Shown one piece after another: positions 38,466 through 45,866 of a DNA stretch of 64,000 nucleotides. This DNA comes from an uncultured Reyranella sp. (lineage in GTDB: Bacteria; Pseudomonadota; Alphaproteobacteria; Reyranellales; Reyranellaceae). The translations under genes were made by a program, and so were the position numbers. Numbering within the stretch: position 1 is the stretch's first letter; the number at the start of each line of letters is the position of its first letter. Below the pieces are notes generated by a model. It did no database searches and had not been told where the DNA came from. It saw only the letters and a list, made by a program, of their open reading frames with translations. The stretch is taken from the NCBI GenBank assembly GCA_964588065.1, contig CAZPOS010000002.1:5482-69481 (forward strand), in the 5' to 3' direction.

Positions 38466-39266
38466 TCAGATAGACACGGTATCGAGTGCCTGCGCGATCG
38501 CCGCCCGAAGGAGGTCGGGATCGAACGGCTTGGATATCACGAAGGCCGGTTCGACCTGCTTGCCAGTGAGCAGTCTCTCCGGGAAACCGGTAACGAAAAT
38601 GACCGGCACCGACATGGATTTCATGATCTGGTTCACAGCCGAAATGCCGCTGTCGGAGCCGCGCAGCTGAATGTCGGCGAGCACCAGGTGGGGCGAGTGC
38701 TTCTTGGCGAGTTCGATCGCCGCCTTCTCCGTGGCCGCAATGCCCACGACTTCATGCCCGGCGTTGCGCACGATGTCGGCGACGTCGAGAGCGATGACCG
38801 CCTCGTCCTCGATGACCAGGATGCGCACCGAAGCGACGCGCTGCAATTCGCGACGCGCTTCTTCCAGGCTGCGTTCCGCGTCATCGATGCTGACACCCAG
38901 AATGTGGGCAGCATCTCCCACGGTGAAGCCCTCGAGAACCGTGAGCAGGAGAATCTGGCGCTGCATCGGCGCCATGTCGGTCAACGATTCCTTCAGGCGT
39001 CCGCGCACGCTCTCGCCGCCGCTGGCCGCTGCCTCGATGTCACCGAAAGGCTGGCGCAGCCGATGGAAAAGCGCGAACACCCCAAGCTTTGTATCCTCTG
39101 CTTCCGCAATCAGCTCCGGCTGTTGAACTGCGACCTCGGCGCAAAGGCGGACCCACTCGTCCCCCTGCTGCTGCGAGCCTGTGACCGCGCGCGCATACCG
39201 ACGCAGAAACGGCAACGTCCTGGTGATCGCCTCGGAAACCTTCTTCGAAGCTACCTCTTCAGCCAC
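38466..39266 (-). CDS. phyR: PhyR anti-anti-sigma response regulator
   Basis: Sigma-like LPFLRRYARAVTGSQQQGD N-domain plus receiver (IEDE, LADIQL, FVTGFPERLLTG, KPF); GTG at 39266 with GAGGGAG RBS. Confidence 0.95.
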   Translation of the reverse strand: MAEEVASKKVSEAITRTLPFLRRYARAVTGSQQQGDEWVRLCAEVAVQQPELIAEAEDTKLGVFALFHRLRQPFGDIEAAASGGESVRGRLKESLTDMAPMQRQILLLTVLEGFTVGDAAHILGVSIDDAERSLEEARRELQRVASVRILVIEDEAVIALDVADIVRNAGHEVVGIAATEKAAIELAKKHSPHLVLADIQLRGSDSGISAVNQIMKSMSVPVIFVTGFPERLLTGKQVEPAFVISKPFDPDLLRAAIAQALDTVSI

Positions 39267-39300
39267 TTCAATCTCCCTCAATCGCTCGAAATCCGTCTCT

Positions 39301-39442
39301 CGGCGCATCGCGACGTGTACACTACGCCGTATAGGTCTGCATACAACAGCAGACCTGACCTCTCGTCGGACGGACACGAGAACTGACGCTGCCCCGCGTC
39401 AACCCACGCCACTGACCCGCGACGGGCAACCCGTCTGCGGTC
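39301..39442 (-). other. array of 4-5 adjacent stem-loops in the phyR leader
   Basis: AGGTCTGC/GCAGACCT, TCTCGT/ACGAGA, TGACGC/GCGTCA, GACGGG/CCCGTC (with an outer stem) and CGGCG/CGCCG. Confidence 0.6.
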
Positions 39443-39448
39443 GAACCG

Positions 39449-39532
39449 CTAGTGGAGCCAGCCCAGGACCCACATGAGCAGAAGCACGGGAATCGGTACA
39501 CCTAAGAACCAGAGAAGAGCGGCGCGTCCCAT
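39449..39532 (-). CDS. 27-aa hydrophobic small protein (MGRAALLWFLGVPIPVLLLMWVLGWLH)
   Basis: GAGGGA RBS and EcfG promoter; the LLWxLGVPIP pattern is one I recall from alphaproteobacterial mini-proteins. Confidence 0.78.
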   Translation of the reverse strand: MGRAALLWFLGVPIPVLLLMWVLGWLH

Positions 39533-39565
39533 AGAGTCCCTCGTCGTGGAATGAGTGACCGCCTC

Positions 39566-39590
39566 AACGCAGGACAGCAGCGCTGGTTCC
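39566..39590 (-). promoter_or_regulatory. EcfG promoter GGAAC-N16-CGTT (27-aa ORF, probably reading on into phyR and the kinases)
   Basis: Plus strand AACG(39566)-caggacagcagcgctg-GTTCC(39586). Confidence 0.82.
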
Positions 39591-39674
39591 GCTTTCTGAT
39601 CTTCGCACCATATGTGGGCGGAGTCGGAGAATTGCCCTTCCGTTATCCGACAAGGCTCCCCAGATAGAAAAACC

Positions 39675-40139
39675 ATGAAAGATGACATCGTCGCGCTCCT
39701 CCCCGACCTGCGTGCATTCGCGCGCTTCATGTGTCGCGAACGCGAAGCCGCGGACGATCTGGTGCAGAACACAATTCTGGCGGCACTCGACAAGCAAGCC
39801 CAGTTCACACCCGGCACCAACCTCAAGGGCTGGCTCTTCACGATCATGCGAAATCGTTTCTACTCGGATCTCAGAACACAGCGCCGCAGACCCCTGACCA
39901 TCGACAACGAGGCCGCGGCGCCGTTGCCGGCCGTCGACAATCCGGAAGCGACGCTCGCCTTGAAGGAACTGTCGTCGGAATTATGGAAGCTCAATCCGCA
40001 GTCGCGCGAGGCCCTGGTCCTCATCGGCGCGGGGGGCTTTTCATATGAGGAAGCCGCGAGCCTGTGCGGCTGTTCCGTCGGCACACTCAAGGCCCGCGTG
40101 TCCAGGGCCCGCAAGTATCTTTCGGAGCGGCTGCAGTAG
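39675..40139 (+). CDS. ecfG: ECF sigma factor, EcfG/ECF15-like, paralog 1
   Basis: LPDLRAFAR, ADDLVQ, FTPGTNLKGWLFTIMRN, REALVLIGAGGFSYEEAA and VGTLKARVSRAR motifs. Confidence 0.88.
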   Translation: MKDDIVALLPDLRAFARFMCREREAADDLVQNTILAALDKQAQFTPGTNLKGWLFTIMRNRFYSDLRTQRRRPLTIDNEAAAPLPAVDNPEATLALKELSSELWKLNPQSREALVLIGAGGFSYEEAASLCGCSVGTLKARVSRARKYLSERLQ

Positions 40140-40194
40140 AGCGGCGCGTTTTTCCTCAGTATTTCAAATGGTTAAAAGTTTTGGTCGTGGGTCT

Positions 40195-40219
40195 GTAACC
40201 AATCCGCTGCTCCGGCATT
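40195..40219 (+). promoter_or_regulatory. possible autoregulatory EcfG-type promoter GTAAC-N16-CATT
   Basis: GTAAC(40195)-caatccgctgctccgg-CATT(40216), upstream of the second sigma gene. Confidence 0.45.
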
Positions 40220-40253
40220 CCTCTTCGCAGGACGCAACCTTTGGAGATCGCTA

Positions 40254-40832
40254 ATGGCCACGCAGACCCAGCAGGACAATGGCACCCGAGACTTTCACGA
40301 CCAGCTCAAGACCATCCTGCCCCGGCTGCGCATCTATGCCCTGTCGCTTACCCGTGATCGCGATGCGGCCGATGACCTCGTACACGATACGGTGATCAAG
40401 GCGCTGACGGGTCGCAACAGCTTCCAGCCGGGCACCAATCTGGCCGCGTGGCTCTTTCGGATCCAGCGCAACGAATTCATTTCCGGTCTGCGCCGGCGCC
40501 GTCCGACTGTCCCCGTCGACACGGCGATTGCCGAGTCGCTCTCGCATCCTCCGCATCAGGACAGCGGGCTGGTCATGCGGGAATTCATGACGGCATTCGG
40601 CAAGCTTGCGGCTGCACAGCGCGAGGCCCTTCTCCTTGCGGTGCTCGAGGGGCTGCCGTACGAAACCATCGCCGAGCACACCGGCGTGTCCGTGGGTACC
40701 GTCAAGAGCCGCATTTCCCGGGCTCGCGACACGTTGGAGCGCCTCCTGCTCGAAGGCGAGGCGCGCCGTCCCTCGGGGTCTGGCCGGGTATCGGCTGACC
40801 TTCAGGACGACCGCGCCCTCGACGCGCGCTGA
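40254..40832 (+). CDS. ecfG: ECF sigma factor, EcfG/ECF15-like, paralog 2
   Basis: LPRLRIYALSL, ADDLVHDT, FQPGTNLAAWLFRIQRN and VGTVKSRISRAR motifs. Confidence 0.88.
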   Translation: MATQTQQDNGTRDFHDQLKTILPRLRIYALSLTRDRDAADDLVHDTVIKALTGRNSFQPGTNLAAWLFRIQRNEFISGLRRRRPTVPVDTAIAESLSHPPHQDSGLVMREFMTAFGKLAAAQREALLLAVLEGLPYETIAEHTGVSVGTVKSRISRARDTLERLLLEGEARRPSGSGRVSADLQDDRALDAR

Positions 40833-40948
40833 TGCCCCTTTAAAGTCTGCGATCAGAGTGCGACATAGTCATGAGTAGTCCCAGGGGGAGAAGTGAATGG
40901 GTCGGGCAGGATCCCGCGGAGTGGACTTCCGCCTCCGGGGAGCATGTG

Positions 40949-41173
40949 ATGGCCAATAACGATGATAAGCCCGAAGCCAAGCGTGCCGCTCCCGCGGCGC
41001 GCTCCAAGGCTCGGACCAACGATCGGCCATTCGACTTGTGGCTGCACAAGCAGCTTCACGCCATGTACGACGAGATCGCCAGCGAACCGTTGCCCGACGA
41101 TCTTTTGAACCTCATCGACAAGGATGCTGCCGCCCACAAGAAGGAAGGAAGCGACGAGCCCTCCGAGAAGTAG
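40949..41173 (+). CDS. nepR: NepR anti-sigma factor (start may be 40871)
   Basis: LHKQLHAMYDEIASEPLPDDLLNLI matches the NepR core. Confidence 0.88.
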   Translation: MANNDDKPEAKRAAPAARSKARTNDRPFDLWLHKQLHAMYDEIASEPLPDDLLNLIDKDAAAHKKEGSDEPSEK

Positions 41174-41225
41174 CGCTCGGGCAATTGCTTGTTGCGCGTT
41201 TTATCGGCAGCGCAGTACTTCCTCC

Positions 41226-41259
41226 AATAGAAATGGCGGCGGCCTTTCGACCGCCGCCA
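41226..41259 (-). terminator. Rho-independent terminator with GAAA tetraloop
   Basis: Minus strand TGGCGGCGGTC-GAAA-GGCCGCCGCCA followed by TTTCTATT. Confidence 0.8.
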
Positions 41260-41343
41260 CCCTGTCCGCAGCCACCCGGTCAGCCCGGCCGGCCGGCTGC
41301 GAATCCTGCATTCCACACTATTTTCAATTGCGCTTCTCCATGC
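41226..41343 (-). ncRNA. candidate EcfG-dependent small RNA convergent with nepR (about 118 nt)
   Basis: Perfect promoter upstream, AU-rich 5' stretch, CGCAGCC/GGCTGCG stem, then a terminator; no credible ORF. Confidence 0.6.
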
Positions 41344-41349
41344 CGGATC

Positions 41350-41375
41350 AACGGGAGCCCCCTGTTTGAGGTTCC
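41350..41375 (-). promoter_or_regulatory. EcfG promoter GGAAC-N17-CGTT with no downstream protein gene
   Basis: Plus strand AACG(41350)-ggagccccctgtttgag-GTTCC(41371). Confidence 0.78.
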
Positions 41376-41419
41376 GGGCCGCGGGTATAGAGGTCCGCGC
41401 TGCAAAAGGAGAAAATGGG

Positions 41420-42184
41420 ATGGAGCTGTTCGATCTTTCGGGCCGTGTGGCCATCGTCACGGGTGGCAATGGCGGCATCGGCCTCGGCATGGCTTTGGGA
41501 CTCGCGCGCGGGGGGGCCACCGTCGTGATAGCCGGCCGCGATGCTGCCAAGAACGAAGCGGCCCTGGCGGAGCTTCAGGCGACCGGCGCAAGAGCCGCTG
41601 CCGCGAACGTCGACGTCCTCGAAGAGGCCTCATGCCGTGCGCTGATCGCCGACACCGTCGAGGTTCACGGCCGGCTCGACATTCTCGTGAACAACGCCGG
41701 CATCAACATCCGCAAGCAGCCTCAGGAATACACACTCGCGGAATGGCACCGCGTTCTCGACAGCAACCTGACCAGCGCCTTCCTCTGCAGTCAGGCGGCT
41801 TATCCGGAGATGATGAAGACGGGCTCAGGCAAGATGATCAACATCGGTTCGATGATGTCCATTTTTGGCGCCTCGTTCACGACGGCCTATGCCGCGAGCA
41901 AGGGTGGCATCGTGCAGATGACCAAGGCCATGGCGACCGCTTGGGCGAAGGACAACATTCAGGTGAACGCCATCCTTCCGGGATGGATCGATACCGCACT
42001 GACTCGGCGCGCCCGCCAGGACGTGCCGACGCTCCATGATTCGGTGTTGAAGCGCACACCGGCTGGCCGATGGGGGACGCCGGCAGACTTTGCCGGGATC
42101 GCCGTCTTCCTCGCCTCGTCGGCCTCTGACTACGTTACCGGTGCCGCGATCACCGTCGACGGCGGCTACTCGGTTCAGGGATAG
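41420..42184 (+). CDS. SDR oxidoreductase (KduD/gluconate 5-dehydrogenase-like)
   Basis: TGGNGGIG, NNAG and YAASK motifs. Confidence 0.92.
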   Translation: MELFDLSGRVAIVTGGNGGIGLGMALGLARGGATVVIAGRDAAKNEAALAELQATGARAAAANVDVLEEASCRALIADTVEVHGRLDILVNNAGINIRKQPQEYTLAEWHRVLDSNLTSAFLCSQAAYPEMMKTGSGKMINIGSMMSIFGASFTTAYAASKGGIVQMTKAMATAWAKDNIQVNAILPGWIDTALTRRARQDVPTLHDSVLKRTPAGRWGTPADFAGIAVFLASSASDYVTGAAITVDGGYSVQG

Positions 42185-42188
42185 GCGA

Positions 42189-42776
42189 TCAGGGCGAGAC
42201 GACGCGGCAGTCCGCGCGATCCACGAACAAGTCGGTCCGGGGGCCGTAGATCGTCAGTCCACCGCGTACGCCAGCACCGATACCCGGCAGCAGAGCACGG
42301 GTCTCCTCGACGAGCTTGCCGGCGTTCGTGAAGCGGCAGTCGATCATCGGAGCCAGAGTCCCGGCGCTGTTGTTGCTGACGTACATCACGACCTGCCAGC
42401 GCCGCGCCGGAACGGCGCTGAGACTGGCATTGTCCATGGTCACCAGCGGCGTGGTCGGTCCCGCGGTGGGAGCCGACCAACCGAGCGGAGTGAAGCCCGG
42501 CCGCTGGATCACGACGCCCTTGATCCGCTCCGCTTGCGCCATCGGATCGAATGCGAGATCGGCCGGCGTAGGCTTGCCGACCGGCCCCTGCCCGACGTTG
42601 GCAGGCGTCCAAATCTGGCCGGTCTTGGGATCGCGGAACTCCGGCATGCCGGCGGTCGTCGACATTTCGACGTAGCTGCGCTGGATCGGCGCCGGTGTCT
42701 GGGCAATCGCCGTGGACGCCAGCATCGTGGCCATCAGGGAAGCAGCGAGAACTATCGTGGCGGGCAACCGGAACAT
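42189..42776 (-). CDS. secreted hypothetical protein, paralog B (paralog of 32912..33520)
   Basis: Signal peptide; FRDPKTGQIWTPANV, TPADLAFDP, YVSNNSA; two Cys; AAGGAG RBS. Confidence 0.8.
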   Translation of the reverse strand: MFRLPATIVLAASLMATMLASTAIAQTPAPIQRSYVEMSTTAGMPEFRDPKTGQIWTPANVGQGPVGKPTPADLAFDPMAQAERIKGVVIQRPGFTPLGWSAPTAGPTTPLVTMDNASLSAVPARRWQVVMYVSNNSAGTLAPMIDCRFTNAGKLVEETRALLPGIGAGVRGGLTIYGPRTDLFVDRADCRVVSP

Positions 42777-42801
42777 GCGATCTCCTTTTCGGATCGCAAT
42801 C

Positions 42802-43299
42802 TCAACCTATGGCCAGCCTCGTTGCAACCCACAGGCCGCCAGCTGCAATGGCCGGACCATAAGGAATCCTCGTGCGTAACCGTTCGCGCAGCGTGGCTTC
42901 GCCGCGACCGTCGACAGGTCCGAGCGGCACACCTGCCAAGGCTGCCACCCCCAGCAAACCGCCCCCCAGAGCCGTCAACAGGAGCAGATCGAGGATCATT
43001 GAAGGTCCCGCAAACAGGCCGATTGCGGCGAGCAACTTCACGTCTCCCCCGCCGATCATCCCGGCGCCGAACGCTGCCGTGCCCAGCAAGAACAGCGCCC
43101 CGGCGCAACCGATCGCGAGGCCCAGCGCCGTCGGTGAATAGTCGCCGGCCGAAAGACCTGCGACGGCCCAGGCACCGAACAGGGCTGCAATCGCAGCCGA
43201 CAAACCGTTGGCAATGCGAAGGGTTCGCAGATCCTGCCAGGCAGCAGCAAGGAGCAACCCGGCGACGACAAGCAGGCAGCCCGTCTGGAAGAGTGTCAC
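42802..43299 (-). CDS. cpaA: prepilin peptidase, A24/CpaA type
   Basis: QDLRTLRIAN, GGGDVKL and IPYGPAI motifs. Confidence 0.9.
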   Translation of the reverse strand: MTLFQTGCLLVVAGLLLAAAWQDLRTLRIANGLSAAIAALFGAWAVAGLSAGDYSPTALGLAIGCAGALFLLGTAAFGAGMIGGGDVKLLAAIGLFAGPSMILDLLLLTALGGGLLGVAALAGVPLGPVDGRGEATLRERLRTRIPYGPAIAAGGLWVATRLAIG

Positions 43300-43327
43300 C
43301 AGAGGCGGCAAGGCCGTGGATTTGCGA

Positions 43328-43486
43328 TCAGTTGAGCCCGGCCGCACCGAGCACGTGACTCACCTTGTCCGTCACCGAGCGGATCGAGGCAATGGCGGCA
43401 ACTGCGATCAACGAAGTGATCAGCGTGTACTCGACCGCGGTGGCGCCTTGGTCGTTCTTCATCAAGCGACGAAAAATCGTAAGCAT
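43328..43486 (-). CDS. flp: Flp/type IVb pilin
   Basis: DQG|ATAVEYTLI cleavage and EY motif followed by a hydrophobic helix. Confidence 0.88.
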   Translation of the reverse strand: MLTIFRRLMKNDQGATAVEYTLITSLIAVAAIASIRSVTDKVSHVLGAAGLN

Positions 43487-43679
43487 TCCCTGCTCCCCAG
43501 CCCGGCAACATCGGCCCCACGCCGACTCCACTTAGCAAAGGTACTTAACGCAATTTCTTAGGTCAATCGAAACTGGTCGCTTTTGTGTCATCATTTCTAA
43601 TAATATGATTTTGCTAGGGAATTTTTGCGACGTTGACGTACGATTGGGCCGAGCGGCTAAGGACCGCCTGAGCACGAAA

Positions 43680-44291
43680 TCAAGATTCTGAATCCCCGCC
43701 ACGCGCCTCGACCAGCCGGGCGAAGGCGGTCCAGAAGCACAGTGCCGCTACCACCCCGGCCAGCCAGGGAAAGAGATCCGGCAGCAGGCAAAAGAGAGTG
43801 AAGGCGAGGATCGTCTCTGTGCCCTCCATGAGCCCTGCAGCATGGAAGAATGATTTCCGCCCCCTCGTGCCCTTATCAGCCTCGCCCCGCCCCGCGGCAA
43901 CTACCGCGCGGCCGAGGAACGAGGCGCAGGTGCAGACGAAGGAGGCCAGCAGCAGCGCCGCCCAGACGGCATTCTCCGGCCGCGCCAAGGCGAAACCCAT
44001 CGGGATGGCGGCGTAGAACACCATGTCACAGAAGATGTCGAGATACCCGCCGTAGGGCGACGACCGGGTGTGCCGCGCCACGGCTCCGTCCAGCCCATCG
44101 AGCAGACGGTTCGCGCCGATCGCCACCAGCGCCGCTCCAAAATATCCGGAAGCGATCAGCGGAACGGCGGTCAGCCCTACGCAGAGGCCAGTCACGGTCA
44201 CCGAATTCGCGGACACACCCCGGGCGGCCAGCCATCCGCCAGCCCGTTCGAGCGGCGGGTCGATCCACCGGCGCAGGATGGGATCGAGCAC
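43680..44291 (-). CDS. CDP-alcohol phosphatidyltransferase family protein (YnjF-like)
   Basis: DGLDGAVAR...GGYLDIFCD and GLMEGTET motifs. Confidence 0.9.
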   Translation of the reverse strand: MLDPILRRWIDPPLERAGGWLAARGVSANSVTVTGLCVGLTAVPLIASGYFGAALVAIGANRLLDGLDGAVARHTRSSPYGGYLDIFCDMVFYAAIPMGFALARPENAVWAALLLASFVCTCASFLGRAVVAAGRGEADKGTRGRKSFFHAAGLMEGTETILAFTLFCLLPDLFPWLAGVVAALCFWTAFARLVEARGGDSES

Positions 44292-44297
44292 GCCGCG

Positions 44298-45134
44298 TCA
44301 GTCGCGCGGCGGTCCAGACCCGGTATCGACGGAGCGCAGCGGGACCACACCCGCGGCTTCGGCCGCCCGCCGGTCCTGTGCCGACTGTCGCCGATAGGAC
44401 AGGATGCTGAAGGGAATCAGGCAGATATAGGCGAGGCCGAGCAGCGACAGAGCGATCCAGGGGGCGCTGGCGAGCACACCCATGAACAGGCCGGCTCCGA
44501 GCAGCAACGGCAGCACCAGGTGACGCGGGACCCGACCCTTCTTGAACGAGAACGTGGGAATCCGGCTCACCATCAGGCCGCCGACAACCACCAGACCGAG
44601 TCCGACGAGCACGGCGTGGCGCGGCCACGCCGCTTCGATCTCGAAGCTCAGCATGAGGGGCATGAGAGCGAGCAGCGCGCCCGCCGGAGCCGGCACGCCG
44701 GTGAAGAAGGACCCGGTCCAGACCGGGGGCGGGGTATCCGACACCAGCGCGGTGTTGAAGCGGGCCAGGCGTAGCGCCGAGCAGATCGGGAACATGAGGG
44801 TGACGACCCAGCCGAGCGCGCCCACCTGCGTGAGCGAGGCGAGATAAAGCACCAGGGCGGGCGCCACGCCGAAACACAGGAAGTCCGATAGCGAGTCCAG
44901 CTCTGCACCGAACCGGCTCGTGACCCCCAGCCTGCGCGCCACACGACCGTCGAGTGCGTCGAAAATCGCTGCCACGATGATCGCGATCACCGCGAGCCGC
45001 ATCTGGCCCTGGAGGGCGAACCGAATGGCAGTGAGGCCCGAGCACAAGGCCGCCAGCGTCAGGACGTTGGGGATCAGTCGATGGATCGAGAAGCCGCGTA
45101 ATCCGCTGCGCTGCGAACGCAGGTCGCTGTCCAT
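44298..45134 (-). CDS. pssA: CDP-diacylglycerol--serine O-phosphatidyltransferase
   Basis: IPNVLT, DALDGRVAR, GAELDSLSD, LRLARFN and FFTGVPAP motifs. Confidence 0.93.
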   Translation of the reverse strand: MDSDLRSQRSGLRGFSIHRLIPNVLTLAALCSGLTAIRFALQGQMRLAVIAIIVAAIFDALDGRVARRLGVTSRFGAELDSLSDFLCFGVAPALVLYLASLTQVGALGWVVTLMFPICSALRLARFNTALVSDTPPPVWTGSFFTGVPAPAGALLALMPLMLSFEIEAAWPRHAVLVGLGLVVVGGLMVSRIPTFSFKKGRVPRHLVLPLLLGAGLFMGVLASAPWIALSLLGLAYICLIPFSILSYRRQSAQDRRAAEAAGVVPLRSVDTGSGPPRD

Positions 45135-45144
45135 GTCGGACTCC

Positions 45145-45837
45145 CTAGAATTCGACGGCGGTGCGCGGCTCGCTGACCGACGGATCGAGCTCGGCCATCA
45201 CCGTCTCGCCGCCGATCATGCGCTGGCCGGGAGAGACCAGCAGACGCGCCCCCTCCGGCAGGTAGAGGTCTGTACGACTACCAAAGCGGATATGGCCGAA
45301 ACGTTCCCCCGCCGCGACCGTCTGCCCGGGCTTCACGTAGCAGACGATACGGCGGGCCACGTAACCGGCGATCTGGACGCAGGCAATGACCCGGCCGTCC
45401 GCGCAGCGCAGTGCCAGCGCCGTCCGCTCATTGTCCTCGCTGGCCTTGTCGGCGTTGGCACTCAGGAACTTGCCCGGACGGTAGGATACGACCTCGACCG
45501 TCGCAGCACAGGGGCTGCGGTTGATGTGCACGTCGAACACGCTGAGGAAGATCGAGACGCGCGTGAGCGGCTTGTCGCCCAGACCCAGTTCCACCGGCGG
45601 CACGGCCTGGACCACCATCTGCACCAAACCGTCGGCCGGGGCGATCAGCAGGCCGTCGTCCTGCGGGACGCCGCGCGACGGATCGCGGAAGAAATAGATC
45701 GACCACAGGGTCACGACGAATAGCGGCCAGAACAGCCATGCTGCCCCGGTCAGGGCGGCAAGGAAGGTCGCGCCGGCAAACAGGGCGATGAAGCGCCAAC
45801 CGTCGGAGAGGATCGGCACCAGAAAATTTGCCAGCAT
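45145..45837 (-). CDS. psd: phosphatidylserine decarboxylase proenzyme
   Basis: FFRDP, APADG, DVHINRSP and IRFGSR self-cleavage motif. Confidence 0.95.
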   Translation of the reverse strand: MLANFLVPILSDGWRFIALFAGATFLAALTGAAWLFWPLFVVTLWSIYFFRDPSRGVPQDDGLLIAPADGLVQMVVQAVPPVELGLGDKPLTRVSIFLSVFDVHINRSPCAATVEVVSYRPGKFLSANADKASEDNERTALALRCADGRVIACVQIAGYVARRIVCYVKPGQTVAAGERFGHIRFGSRTDLYLPEGARLLVSPGQRMIGGETVMAELDPSVSEPRTAVEF

Positions 45838-45866
45838 GATTTTGCGCGCTCTCGGTTGTCCGAAGA

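Noticed and set aside
39333-39442. Periodic hairpins as a mini-CRISPR or REP cluster
   Set aside because: The stems differ in sequence, there are no identical repeats or cas genes, and the units are too short.
39620-39644. GGAGT-N16-CGTT upstream of the first ecfG
   Set aside because: Two mismatches in the conserved AAC of the -35 element; not counted as an EcfG promoter.
43531-43561. CtrA box at the flp promoter
   Set aside because: Half-site spacing is N9, not N7; reported only as an unexplained repeat.
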